A DNA stretch of 64,000 nt from Mobula birostris. Its lineage: Eukaryota. The notes under the pieces are model-generated. The model saw only the letters and a program-made list of their open reading frames with translations. It ran no database searches and was not told where the DNA came from. The translations under genes and the position numbers were made by a program. Shown here in pieces: positions 12,166-25,417 of this stretch. How positions within the stretch are numbered: the first letter of the stretch is position 1; every line of letters starts with the position of its first letter. The stretch covers positions 42,350,613 through 42,414,612 of the forward strand of contig NC_092397.1 of NCBI RefSeq assembly GCF_030028105.1. The letters are read 5' to 3'.

Positions 12166-15051
12166 TTATCCGTTTGCACTTACTTTCTGTGTTAATCCAC
12201 ATCCATCAATGCCAGTTACTGACCTCTTACTCTTCCCATCACCTGTCCTGAAGGAGAGCCCAATGATCCATGTAACTAAAACCCTCCATCCTGCACCAGC
12301 TTGTGCGCCACACATATAAATACCTTTGTATTTCTTCCCTCGCTAGCAGCTGACACTGGGATTACCCCCCCCCCCACCCCCCAACACCCCAGAGTTTCTA
12401 CTTAACTTTTTCCTGAACTTCCTAAGTTCTCTTTGCAGGACTTTGTCTCTTTTGTTAGAGCCAATATGGACCACGACCTCTGGCTGCTCACCCTGCCCTT
12501 TCAGAATTGCCTGTACTTGTTCAATTCCATCCTTGGTCCTGGTACCAGGGAGGTAATGCACCATCCTGCAGTCTCTCTCCTTACCAGATACACCTGTCTG
12601 TTACCCCGGCTAAAGACTCCCCTGTCAGGAGGCTCAAGAACACAGAACAGTACAGCACAGGAACAGACCCTCCTTCCCATGATGTCTGCGCGGAACACGA
12701 TGCCAAATGAAACTAAATCTTTTCTGCCTGCGTATAATTCATGTGCTTCAATTCTCTGAATATTCATGTGGTTATTTAAAACCCTGTTAAATGTCATTAT
12801 CATATCTGCTTCCAACACTCCCCATAGTAGCCCATACCCGGCCCTCACCACTCTCTGTACGGGAAACAGAAATCTTACCTGTCCTATCGTCCACCTTTAA
12901 ATTCTCACCGTGTCATCTTAAAACTCTGCCTTCTAATATTTGATATTGTTACCCTGGCAAAATGATCCTGCCTGTTTACCGTGTCTACACCTCTCATAGT
13001 TTTATAAACTTCTGTCAGGTCTCCCCTCAGTCTCCTTCACTCCAGGGAAAACAGTCCCAGTCGGTCTGATCTTTCCTTGTAACTCAAGCCCCCAGTCCAG
13101 GTAACATTCCTGTGAATCGTTTCTGGACCTTTCCAGCTTAATAACATCCTTCCTCTCATGTGACCAGAACTGCACAGGGTACTCCTGGTGTGGTGCCATT
13201 ATTCATTTGTACAACTGTAATGTGATGTCCCAATTCCTCTCAGAGCCTTTGCCAATGAAGACAAACATGTTGTGCTCCTTCTTCACCATCTTGTCTACCT
13301 GTGTTGGCACTTTCAGGGAATTATGTACCTGTGCCCCAGGTTTCTCTTTCATCAACACTCCTCAGGACCCTCCATTCACTGGGTATGTCCTGACCTGCTT
13401 TAACTTCCCAAAATCCATCATTGTGCACTTGTCTGTCACAGTAACAACACTTCTCTGTTTCTCTGCACCAACACCCCAGCAGTAAATGTCAATGAACCAT
13501 TCAGCTCTGAACCTTGGTCATATATGGTTTTATGAACCACTCACTGCACCCATCTCTATTTTGTTGTGTAGTTCAGCACCTCAACCCCTCTCTATTTCTC
13601 TCATTTACAATTTATCTCCATATAAGTCATAGTCTGACCTTTGATTCCTCCTACCATTCTACATGCCATCACACTTCACCACATTAAACTCCACTTACCA
13701 AGTATTCTACTCACCAGCTTCTTCTTATCCTATTGGAGAGACCAAATGTCCAATCACAACATGTCCCCCACCACATTCCCTGTCATTGACCTCCCTCCTC
13801 TGGGTCATTAATATCAATAATAAATCATTGATGATCCAGAACTGGTCACTGGGAAACTCGACTAGTTATATCATCCCAGTCTGAAACAGACCTGTTATTC
13901 TGTCTCAGTATGATAACCAGTCTATAGTCAGTATTAACACACTTCCTTCCCAGTACTGAGCTCTGGTCTTGTGCACCAGCCTTACATGTGGCACCTTGGC
14001 AAATGGCTCCTGAAAATCCAAAAACACCACTTTTCCAACTTCCCCTGTAAAGTCTTAAATCTCTGGTGTGTTTGTCAAACATGACTTAACATTCAACAAC
14101 CCAGGTTACAGGATCCAAGACCAGGTTCCAGATGGACAGGGTGGTGAAGAGGCTTTTGGAACACTGGCCTTCAGTCAGGGCAGCGAATATAGAAGCTGGG
14201 ATGAGATGTTGCAGTTGTCCAACACGTTGGTTTGGCCGCATTTCACAAATAGTGTTTAGTTTTAGTGACCCTGCAGTATGACAGACATCATTAAGCTGGA
14301 AAGAGTGCAGAGGAGATTTACGAGGATGTTACTGGATCTTGAAGGACTGACTTGTGGAAAGCGTTTTGGTCAATTTTCCCTGGAATGTTGAAGAATGAGT
14401 AATGATATTGCAGAGGTGTATAAAATTATAAGGGGCCTGGGTTGGGTCAAAGATAACAATCATTTTGCCAGTGTTGGGGAATCTAAATGATTTGCTATTT
14501 CTTGATAGATTATTGACTCCAGTACCTGAAGTGAAGTTAACAGGACTACAGTTACCTGCTTTTTATCTTCCACCCTTCTTCAACAATGGTTTTCAACTCC
14601 ACGGGGACCTTTCTGTAACACAGTGAGTTTTGACAGACTTCAATGCCTCCACTTTCTCTCCAGACTTTAGTGCAGGTCGTTGGGACCTGGTAATGTTTGC
14701 TTTTAGTCCAATTAGTTTCTCCCTCGAGATGGCGGTTGTTACACATTATGGCACAATATTGAAATGTCACTATCAGATATCTGTGGGATGTTTTCTGTGT
14801 CCCCACTGTGAACACTAATTCCATGTTGGTCTGATGTTCAGTGCAGACTGGCAATCCTGCAACACCGCTGGTGCTTGACTCCATCGGTCTTCATCAGCTC
14901 CTGCATGGGCAACTGCTTGCTTTACGTTTCGTACGTCCCTGACTTGCTTTACGTATCGTACTTCCCCGGCTTGCATATCGACTTCCACAGCTAGGGTGCA
15001 ATATCCATGGTCGACCCTGACCAGCAGAGAGCCATCACCAACATGTTTGCA

Positions 15052-15527
15052 CATGGCCTCCTCTACTGCTACGACGAGGCCAAATACAGGTTAGCCGAAC
15101 AACACCTCATATTCTGACTCCAATCTTTATAGAATGAACATTGATTTCTACAAATTCCGGATATCACTACACTCTGTTTCCCTCACCCCCACTTCTTTTC
15201 TCCCATTCTGATGCCATTTAACCCCTTCACCTCTCCTCACACACCCTCATGACCTGCCCATCAACTCTGTCTGGTTCTCCACCTTCTTCATGTCATCCCA
15301 TGGTCCAATGTTCTCTCCCATTGGATTCCTTTCTCCTCATCTCTTTGCCCTTTCTGCCTGTCACCCAGCTCCTCAGATCATCATCCCTCCACAAACCACA
15401 CGTTCCCCACCCCTCACTTGTCCTCCTCCCCCTCCCCCACCACCTTATTCTGGTTTTTGTCCCTTTCTTTCTCAGCCCGAAATTCAACGGTTTGCTGAGT
15501 TCCTCCAGCATTTTGTGCGTGTTTGCT
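15052..15527 (+). mobile_element. Penelope-like element 3' relic (GIY-YIG C-terminus, pyrimidine-rich UTR, degenerate pLTR)
   Basis: Reads HGLLYCYDEAKYRLAEQHLIF* ... MNIDFYKFR, resembling a PLE endonuclease C-terminus. Ends with cagcccgaaa...gctgagttcctccagcattttgtg, the same terminal motif as the hammerhead elements. Confidence 0.65.
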
Positions 15528-16341
15528 TCAGTCTGTGTATTGATTAAACTAATCAAACTGGTACAGTGGAAGAGGAATTTGTGGAATGGTCAGAGACAGT
15601 TTCTTACAGCAGTACCTTACCCATGAACGGGCCGTTTCAGATGTAATCTGTGTAATGAGGTGGAATTAAAGAGATCTTGTGGTGAAGGATTCCTGAAGAA
15701 GTGATCACAATGTGGGAGATCTCCAGACCACAGACTGAGGGTGAACAGCAGCGTCCAGGTTTGAGATCAGGGTTTTCTTTCCACTAGATGAACTGCCAAG
15801 TATGGCTGACAAGCCCCATCTGCCCATAGCAGTTGGTTATATGACGCTAGTAAACCGATTTGCACCTTCCCCTGTCACTAGAAACAGCTCCGTTGGGCTG
15901 AGCAGCTAAGCCATATGTAAAAGTCAGGAGCTGTATTTGGTTGACAGAGGCAATTTGAGGTGCACACCATTGGCAGCATTTAGTGGGAAGTGGGAGCTTG
16001 TCCCATTACTGCCCCATCACCGGTTAAGACAGCTGTAAGTGACCAATATGTTGGTATATGAATGGGAAGCTCAATTGGAATGGGTTCTCACCAGCAGATC
16101 GTGGTTGTTGCAGCTCACAGAGCAAAGATACTTGATGCAGCGCTACCCTAATCTGCTTCTGATTAAATCTCTCATGATAATCACAGTTCCATTCTCATCT
16201 CTCTTTGATATTTCCCCTTTTGTGCTTTATCCCATCGGGAGGAACACCTGAGGATCTTGAGACCACTCCTCCCCGGATCTTGAGACCACTCCTCCCCATG
16301 TCTTCTTTCCCTCCCCCTTTCACCATCACTGTCCCTACATG

Positions 16342-17720
16342 TAAAGTGCCGATGAAAAGTATTCATGCCCGTTGGAAGTTTTCATGTTTTACTGTTTTAC
16401 AATATTGACTCACAGCAGATTAAATTTGGCTTTTTTTTTACTGATCAACAGAAAAAGACTCTTGTGTCAAAGTGAAAACAGATCTCTACAAAGTGCTGTA
16501 AATTAATTACAGATATAAACCCAAAATAATTGCCTGTGTAAGTATTCACCCCCTTTAATATGACACACCAAATCATCACTGGTGCAGCCAATTGGTTTTA
16601 GGAGTTACATAATCAGTTAAATGGAAATCACAGTGTGCAGTCAAGGTATTTCAATTGATTATAGTAAAAATACACTACTGTTGACAGTCAATATCCTGGC
16701 AAAAACTACACCATGAAGACAAAAGGACACGCCAAGCAGCTCTGCAAAAAGCTTATTGAAAGCACAAGTCAGGAGATGGATAGAAGAAAATTTCCAAGTC
16801 ACTGAATACCCTTGGAATACAGTTTAGTCAATCACCCAGAAATGGAAAGAATATGACACAGCTGTAAATCTACCTCAAGCAGGCAATCTTCAAAAACTGA
16901 GCAGCCGTGCAAGAAGGGTACCAGAGAGAGAGGCTACCAAGACACCTTTGATAACTGTAGAGGAGTTACAAGCTTCAGTGGCTGAGATGGGAGAGATTGT
17001 GCATACAACAACTGTCACCCAGGTGCTTTACCTGTCACTGCTTTATGGGACAGTGGCAAAGAGAAAGCCACTGTTGAAAAAAGCTCTCATGAAATCTCAC
17101 CTGGAGTTTGTCAGAAGACGAGCAGGACTCTGCAGTCAGCTGGAAGAAGGTTCTATGGTTTGAAACCAAAATTGCGATCAGACTAAACTCTTAAGGTTGG
17201 TGTAAGGCAAACACTGCACATCATCAAAAGCACACCATCCCTACGGTGGAGCATGGTGGAGGCTGCATAGTGCCGTGGGGATGCTTTACTGCAGCAGGCC
17301 CTGGAAGGCTTGTGAAGGCAGAGGGTAAAATGAATGCAGCAAAATACAGGGAAATCCTAGGGGAAAACCTAATGCAATCTGCAAGAGAACCGAGACTTCG
17401 GAAAAGATTTGTTTTCCAGCAAGACAATGACTGCGAGCTTAATACCAAAGCTGCACAGGAATGCCTTAAGACAACAAAGTTAATGTCCTGGTGTGACCAA
17501 GTCAGAGTCCACACCTCAGTGTGTGGCTGGACTTGAAAAGGGCTGTTCACTCATAAACTCCATGCATTCTGACAGATCTTGAGCAGTTTTGTAAGGAAGA
17601 ATGGGAAAAATTGCAGTGTCCAGATGTGCAAAGCTGATAGTGACCTATCCACACAGACTCATGGTTGTAATTGCTGCCAACGGTCCATCGACTAAATACT
17701 GACTTGGAGGAGGTGAATAC
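16342..17720 (+). mobile_element. Decayed Tc1-family DNA transposon (IR/DR type)
   Basis: TIR-like start agtgccgatgaaaagtattca; inner repeat agtattcaccccc (~16541) with inverse ggtgaatac (~17712). Broken transposase: MKTKGHAKQL..., TVEHGGGCIVPWGCF, FVFQQDND. Confidence 0.88.
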
Positions 17721-18324
17721 ACCTACCTGCACATGGTCCATTCCCTGTATGTTTTAGTACATTACTCCCTTACTCTTATACTCAACACCCTGACCAGTGG
17801 AAACCAGCATTCTGTGCACCTTATCCCGTTGTGTTGCCACATTCAGTGAACGATGTGCCTGGATCCCAAGATCACTCTTTACACCAATGCTGTGAAGGGG
17901 TCAGTCATTAACATTATACTTTCTTCTTTCATTTGACCTCCCAAAGTGCAACACCACATTCCCTCCCAGATTAAATTCCTTCTGCAACTACTCTGCATCT
18001 GTTTGTGATCTATATCCCACTGTGTGCATTGATCAATATTTACACTGTCCACAACTCCACCTATCTTGCTGTCACCTGTAGACTTGTAAACCGCCCATCA
18101 ACATTTTCATCCAAACATCGATATATATCAGAAACAACATAATTCCCAGCATCAATCCTTGTGGATCACCACTGCTCACAGACTTCCAGCCCCACTTAGC
18201 CTTCTATGAGGAAGCCATTTCTGAATTGAAATTGCAATTTGTATTGAATCCCAGGGGTCTTTTTCAAATGCCTTACGGAGGTCTGTCCAGGTCATGTCCA
18301 CAGCCTTGCCCTCATCGAGCACCA

Positions 18325-19140
18325 AGATGTTGGGTCTCATTCTTTTTACGTTATATGTCAATGATTTCGATGATGGAATTGATGGAGTTATTGCAAAATT
18401 TGCAGATGATATGAAGAGACAGGTGGAGGCGCAGGTATTTTTGAGGAAATAGGGAAGGACAGACAAATGAGGAGAATGGGCAAAGAAGTGGCAGGTGGAA
18501 TGCAGAATTGGAAAGTGTATGGTCATGCACTTTGGTTGAAGAAATAGTAGGGTCGATTATTTTCTAAATGGAGAGAAGATACAAAAAATTGAGGTGCAAA
18601 GGGATTTGGGAATCATTGTGCAGGATTCTCTAAAGGCTAATTTGCAGGTTGGGTCTGTGCTGAGAAAGGCAAATGTGATGTTAGCATTCATTTCAAGAGG
18701 ACTAGAATATAAAAGCAAAAATGTAATGTTGAGACTTTATGAAGTACTGGCAAAGTCTCACTTGGAGTATTGGGAGCAGTTTTGGGCCCTTTATGGAAGG
18801 ATGAGCTGAAACAGGATGGGTTTCAAATAAGATTCTCTGAAATGATTCCAGGATTAAACGGCTTGTCATATGAAGAACATTTGATGGCTCTGGGCCGTTA
18901 TTCACTGGAATTTAGAACAATGAGGGATGACTAATTAAAACCTATCGCCGTGATAAAGTCAATGTGGAGAGGATGGGAGCGTCTAAGACCAGAGGACACA
19001 GCCTCAGAATAGAATGGCGATGAGGAGGAATTTCTTTAGAGACAGTGGTGAATCTGTGGAATTCATTGCCACAGGCGGCAGCTGTGGAAACCAAGGCTTT
19101 AGGTATATTTAAGGTGGAGGTTGATAGATACTTGATGGCA
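18325..19140 (+). mobile_element. Decayed CR1 RT/3' fragment
   Basis: KFADD-encoding aaatttgcagatgat at ~18397; ORF 18594..18809 QRDLG...KANVMLAFISRGLEYKS. Mirrored at ~56655-57470. Confidence 0.8.
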
Positions 19141-19695
19141 GGTGCGACACAGTTATCAAATACAGAATAGCAATGGCGAAAGAAGCTTTCCAAAAATATG
19201 AAGACCATATTAACAGACAGAAAGATGAGCACGTACACTAAAAACAGAACACTGCAGTGCTACATTTATTCTATCCTGACTTATGGAAGTGAATGCTGGA
19301 CCATTTCTTCAGCAATGGAAAAGAGACTAGAAGCAGCTGAATTATGGTTCTGCAGGAGAATGTTAAAAATATCATGGACCACACACACATCAAATGAAGA
19401 AGTTCTCAGAAGAGCCCAAACCAAGCAGTTCGATCACTCATACCAACAATAAGAGAAAGACAACTCAGATTCATACTACACATCATGTGGAAAGATGAAC
19501 TAGAAAAACTCATACTCTCTGGAAAGATTGAGGGGAGCAAACCTAGAGGAAGACCTCGGCTTATGTACATCAAAAGCATAGCCAGGTGGCTACACATCGA
19601 GGAAATGGAAGTCATCCAAAAAACGAAGGATAGATCTGTATGGAAAACCATGGTCACCAAAGTCCGCATCGGATACGGTACCGGGACAGACAGAC
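19140..19695 (+). mobile_element. RTE-clade LINE 3' fragment
   Basis: RIAMAKEAF, LTYGSECWT, RLEAAELWFCRRMLKISW, SNEEVL, GKIEGSKPRGRPR, KDRSVW; short gaca tail. Confidence 0.88.
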
Positions 19696-21784
19696 ATATC
19701 TTATAGTCGATGTCACCACCTCACAAACCTGAAGCAACTTTGTCAAGCGCGATCTGCCCACACAAAACCATGCTGATTGTCCCTAAGCCAGCCATGCCTT
19801 TCCAAATGTGCATAAATCCTGTACCTCAATATGTAACTTGGATCTGGTCTTTAAACAAATGCCACATGTCAAATGTGGACTTGTCTGACAGTGGCTGCTC
19901 CCAATCAATGCCCCTTGGCTTCTGTCTTGCAACGTCCTAACTTGCCCTCCTGCAATTTAGTACCTGCTTACAAGATCTAATTTTATTCTTACTCATAACT
20001 AGGAAAAATATAAGATCCCAAAATATTCACTGACTCTTAGCTGTCGCCTGGCCTGGTTCATTTCCCAAAACAAATTCCCACATGTTCTCAACTCTGGTTG
20101 GGCTCTGCATAATGTTTCAAACATTCCTCAGATTCACTGAACAAATCTTGCACATCTTAGTATTAAGCAAGTTCCAGTCAATTCTAGGGAAGATAATGTC
20201 CCCCCCCCACTGGTTATTGCGGGGCTAGTGCAAACATCCCAACAGTGTAACAGCAGATTGCCTCTGTAAATGAACCCTCCAGTTTGCTGTGACATTCCCA
20301 GTGGGGTAACCTCTGCATTTTTATCCCCCCCCCCCCACTCACATGTAAAACAATCAAACCCAGGAATGTTGAGCTGCCAGACCTGTCCCTCCAACAACAT
20401 AAAACTAATGTTGAAATAAACTCATTTCAGCCCATCAGTCCACCATGTTTATTAGCCTGACATTGGCTCTTGTTCTCTTCAGACTGTCTTGTCATACGTA
20501 CATTCTCCAATTTGCTACTCTCGTTCAAATTCTGCCAAGTGACACCATCAAACCTCCTGGTGCAGATGTTGGTTCCCGTCCGGTTCAGAGGCAAATAGTC
20601 TTGTTTGTCCCGGTCTCCCACCTGCCTGGATCACCCATTGAGGCTAAGGTCGAAGCGTTCGGATATAGATGGTGCTTGGTACTTGGTGTCGGAGGGCTGA
20701 AGGCAGAGAGAGTTTCCTTCCTTCTCTCGTCTGCGTGAGATGTGGGACTTTCAAGAGACTTGAATTTTTTTACTGTGCCATGGCCTGTTCTCCATCAAGT
20801 TATGGTATTGTTGCACTGTTGTAACTATATGTTATAATTATGTGGTTTTTGTTAGTTTTTCAGTCTTGGTCTGTCCTGTGTTTCTGTAATATCACACTGG
20901 AGGAATATTGCATCATTTCTTAATGCATGCATTACTAAATGACAATAAAAGAGGACTGCGTGTCCTCATAATCTAATCTAATCTAATAAATCTGAAGACT
21001 TCCTCCTGCATCAGTTGTTCACCAACACATTAAACCTCACGAAATATCGATTTGTCACCATACCAGCATCCGTGGTTTTGGTTACAATTCCGAGATGACA
21101 ATCCTGGAAGTCCTGCTTTTTTTTTAACCTAGTTCCCCAAAATCACTGTGCAGGACCTCATCGCTGCCCGTTTAAACCCTTCCGTGTAGCACGAAGAAGG
21201 CTCCCCTCCTACTTGGACCCGTCTCTCGTTTCCCTTGAGACCGAATGATCCTTGTACCTGAAGACCCACCCACCCGCCTCCCACCAGCCCCTCAGCCACC
21301 CCTTTACCAGGGCTTTAGAAGACGCCAAAAGCGCGGTCTATATATCTGGTTATGTATCCTGTTCCAGTATGTGACCGGTCTTTCATTTCCCGGGCGATCC
21401 AGAGGAGCAATTGTTCTACTGAATCAACCCTCTCATCACTGGAAGTGACTGCACCCCCGCCCACCAACTGCTGTGTGTGAGGGCGCTCGCACTGGTCATG
21501 GGGCCGGGGAGGGACAGACCGAGATCCTTGGGGATTTGTAGAATGGAAAAGCACTTCCTATAATTTAAAGCAGGAGAATCGGCAAAATCCCAGAAATCCT
21601 CCAGTATGTACGTGGTGTGTGAGGGAGTTTTGTTTTCGCTGGAGCGCTTTGTGTCGGATGAATCGTTGGAAATTTGCGGTTGTGGTAAAGTGAAGGCGGA
21701 GCTGGACGATGAGAGGCCGCTGTCGGCTCTGTCCGTCACTCTGTCTCCTCTCCTCCCCTCCCCGCCTCTGTCTCTGCGCGTTTC

Positions 21785-21813
21785 TCGGGCAGGTCGGGGC
21801 GCTGTGTATAAAA
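21785..21813 (+). promoter_or_regulatory. H4 promoter: site II-like GGTC element and TATA box
   Basis: caggtcgg at ~21790; TATAAAA at 21807-21813, 55 bp before the ATG. Confidence 0.7.
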
Positions 21814-21858
21814 GGAGACAGCAGCAGGCAGTTTGTCAGTGAGCAGCGACCTGAGTGA

Positions 21859-22179
<321 letters not shown>

Positions 22180-22212
22180 AAAACTCCCACTTCCTCCCGA
22201 GCACAAAACAAA

Positions 22213-22228
22213 GGCTCTTCTAAGAGCC
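22213..22228 (+). terminator. Histone 3' stem-loop (H4)
   Basis: GGCTCT-TCTA-AGAGCC followed by accca. Confidence 0.95.
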
Positions 22229-22707
22229 ACCCACCGCCTCACAGACGGAGCCGTATCCACAGACTTTTAGATACTTTTTTTAATTTTATACTCAGCTGAG
22301 TTGCATTTGAAACAGATGATTGGTTCCGCTTGAAACATACTGCAATTCTGCCTTTCCAGTCGGTGATTACCGCAAAACCTGCATTAGGATCGATCTTAAT
22401 CCTCTTATCAGTTTCGAACAAACATCAGTTCACTCGTTCAGATAACGATTCCGTGGCTGTGCATTTAAATCTTAACTGAGGAAATTAGATGTTAAATTTA
22501 TTAAATTAAACTGAAATTGTATAATCCGTCATACAATTAATTGTAAATAAAATGTAATCAAGCACCGCTGCTGGGGGCTCTGAAATTGGCGGGCGATTTG
22601 AAATTAATCCGGCGCCAATCACACTGCATGAATGAAATCCGACCGCCCGGCAAATTTTTATTTGTAGTAAATTTTCATTCGCCGCCAGCCTGCAAGAAAT
22701 GAATCAA

Positions 22708-23269
<562 letters not shown>

Positions 23270-23298
23270 ACCCGGCCTCCACAACAAACCCAAGAAAA

Positions 23299-23314
23299 GG
23301 CTCTTTTAAGAGCC
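23299..23314 (+). terminator. Histone 3' stem-loop (H3)
   Basis: GGCTCT-TTTA-AGAGCC with a purine-rich HDE (aaaggaaaggg) downstream. Confidence 0.95.
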
Positions 23315-24123
23315 ACTACCACAGCAAAGGAAAGGGTTGTCGCTTGCTGATCATAGTATTATTGTAGTGGCGATCTGCCCTCCTGATGGGGTTGTTCGGT
23401 TTGACACTGACTGACCGCGATCATCAGCTGTTCTGGGCCGACAGGTTAATTCAGCGAGAGACAGGAGATGAACGCGCTCCCTCCCCGTCAGGGTCTCACC
23501 TGGCCCTTCACTTCTCCCACAAACCTGTCATGTACCGCTGCTGCGGCTGTTACCGTTTCATTTGCTTCGGACATGTCAGGCTGTCCTTGGAGTGGGAGCA
23601 TGCGGTCGCGATGGGTACAGTGGGGGATTTCCGAGAGCGGTAATTATATATTTTTGATTTTACTCTTGTAAATGTTGTGTAAATAAACTTTTGTAGCTGG
23701 TACCTGATTGAAGGTCGGTCGGCAAAGTCGCCGGGTAATTTATCATACATCATCCATCCCCGGAGACAGATCCCTCTCTCAAGACGTCCCCGGTCCCCTC
23801 TCACATGGGGTTCAGCAGTTCCCAATCAACTCAGCTGAATCGGGCTTTGGGATGCGAGGTGCGGAATCCCAGTCACGCTCTCCTGGAGCGGGAGAAGGAA
23901 CTGGGCCTGCAGACCACCCCACCGGTCTCACTCTCTCTCTCTCACACACAGCCCGAGTGAAAACGCTGTGTTTCACTTCAAATCTGGGACGCCACGGCCG
24001 CACTGAATGTCAGAGAGGTACCGGGAATATCGGGTTTTATGCGAGAAGTTCTCCCGCAAAACTCATTCGGACCCGCAGCGGGAATCACAATATTCCTGAT
24101 CAGCTCTTTTCTGAGATGTGGGT

Positions 24124-24139
24124 GGCTCTGAGAAGAGCC
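24124..24139 (-). terminator. Histone 3' stem-loop (H1)
   Basis: Minus strand GGCTCT-TCTC-AGAGCC, then accca and HDE aaaagagctg. Confidence 0.95.
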
Positions 24140-24175
24140 CTTGGGTTCAAACACTTACAAACGGTATATCTGAAT

Positions 24176-24796
24176 TCACTTTTTGACCGCTTTCTTCTTC
24201 AGGGCTGCGAGTTTCTTGGGGCTCTTTGGCTTCGGCGCCGCTGGTTTCTTAGCTACCGCTTTTTTAGCCGCTGGTTTCTTGGCGCCAGACTTCTTGCTGG
24301 GAGATTTCTTGATGGCAGATTTCTTCGCTGCCGCTTTTTTAATCGCTGGTTTCTTCGCTGCCGCTTTCTTAGCCGCTGGTTTCTTGGCGCCAGACTTCTT
24401 GCTGGGAGATTTCTTGATGGCAGATTTCTTTACCGATGGCTTGTTCGCTTTCTTCACCACTTTCACGGCACTTTTTCCTTGACCGGATTTAAAGGATCCC
24501 GAAAGACCCGCGCCCTTGGTCTGAACCAAGGAGCCGCTTTCCACTCTCTTCTTGATGCACATCCTGATCTGGGCGCGACGTTTCCCCACATCGACACCGC
24601 TGCTGGTCAGAGCCTTCATGATGGCCACAGCGGACATACCTTTCCTATCGCGACAACCCGCCACAATCTTATCGATTTGTTCGCCCAGCTTGGGACCGGC
24701 TGGTTTGCTCCGGGCGGACGCCTTCTTCTTGGGAGTCTTCTTTGCGGCGGCGGGTGCGGCTGGAGGAGCCGTTTCGGCGGGTGCTGTCTCGGTCAT
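24176..24796 (-). CDS. H1: Linker histone H1 (divergent, replication-dependent)
   Basis: MTETAPA N-terminus; globular domain ending LVQTKGAGLSGSFK; K/A/P-rich tail with S/TPKK motifs; stem-loop present. Confidence 0.96.
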   Translation of the reverse strand: MTETAPAETAPPAAPAAAKKTPKKKASARSKPAGPKLGEQIDKIVAGCRDRKGMSAVAIMKALTSSGVDVGKRRAQIRMCIKKRVESGSLVQTKGAGLSGSFKSGQGKSAVKVVKKANKPSVKKSAIKKSPSKKSGAKKPAAKKAAAKKPAIKKAAAKKSAIKKSPSKKSGAKKPAAKKAVAKKPAAPKPKSPKKLAALKKKAVKK

Positions 24797-24869
24797 GTCG
24801 GCGACGCTGGAAAATCCTTCTCACAATCAGACTGAATGAGAAATGAAGCGAAAGGCGGCGGCACAGAGC

Positions 24870-24944
24870 AATTTAAAGGCAGCTAGCGGACGGGGCGGAG
24901 ACATCCCGCTGTCAGCTCCCGTAGGACTTCATTTTTCTGTGTTT
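24870..24944 (-). promoter_or_regulatory. H1 promoter: H1 box AAACACA, GC box, TTTAAA TATA-like
   Basis: tgtgttt at 24938-24944 (AAACACA on minus); ggggcgg at ~24892; tttaaa at ~24872. Mirrored at 51570-51643. Confidence 0.75.
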
Positions 24945-25381
24945 TTCTGTCCTCAAAAACTCTCCGATTCCAATTAAAATCGGACACTCCGGGGACTCGG
25001 ACTGGTCCCTGTCCGTCACTGAGGCCGGAAAGTTCGCTGGAAAGAGAGTTTAATCGGGATTAAAGGCAGCACTTTCTATTTTAACCCGTTTCATTACTGC
25101 ACTGCTCGCGATCTCTCTCCATATTGTTGATCTGTTCTCTGCTTTTCGGCTGAAAGTTTGAAACTAACTAAAACTTTGCGGTTAATTCCCGCTTCAGGAC
25201 TGAGCTGGGGAGTGGGGCCATCCCGTAACAGAGAAATCTTTTCTATTTGTACAGGAGGCGCTGGGAAATCCGGCGATGTGTTCGGACCCACAAACACAGT
25301 GATACTTGTCTGAGCCGCCCGCCGCTTTAAAACACTCTCTCTGAATCAGCAAGTCAGGCAGCATCAATGGTGGGAATGAAC

Positions 25382-25417
25382 AGTCGACATTTCTGGCCGA
25401 GACCCTTCATCAGGACT
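25382..25417 (-). ncRNA. Minimal type-I hammerhead ribozyme motif (Penelope pLTR-derived), stem II base mismatched
   Basis: Minus strand AGTC-CTGATGA-A-GGGT CTCG GCCA-GAAA-TG-TC-GACT. Confidence 0.65.

Noticed and set aside
15770-16030. Possible RTE-type 5' UTR or SINE with an HDV-like ribozyme
   Set aside because: Only a vague resemblance; I could not thread a nested double pseudoknot by eye.
23340-24100. GC-rich H3-H1 intergenic region as a tRNA or snRNA gene
   Set aside because: No cloverleaf, A/B boxes or Sm site recognised; only a short palindrome (gtgaaaacgctgtgtttcac).
23708-24835. 375-aa ORF antisense to H1 (and the 327-aa mirror at 51679..52662)
   Set aside because: Shadow of K/A-rich H1 codon usage; the left ORF starts at a non-ATG codon, its 5' extension is not open in the mirror copy, and it has no recognisable domain.
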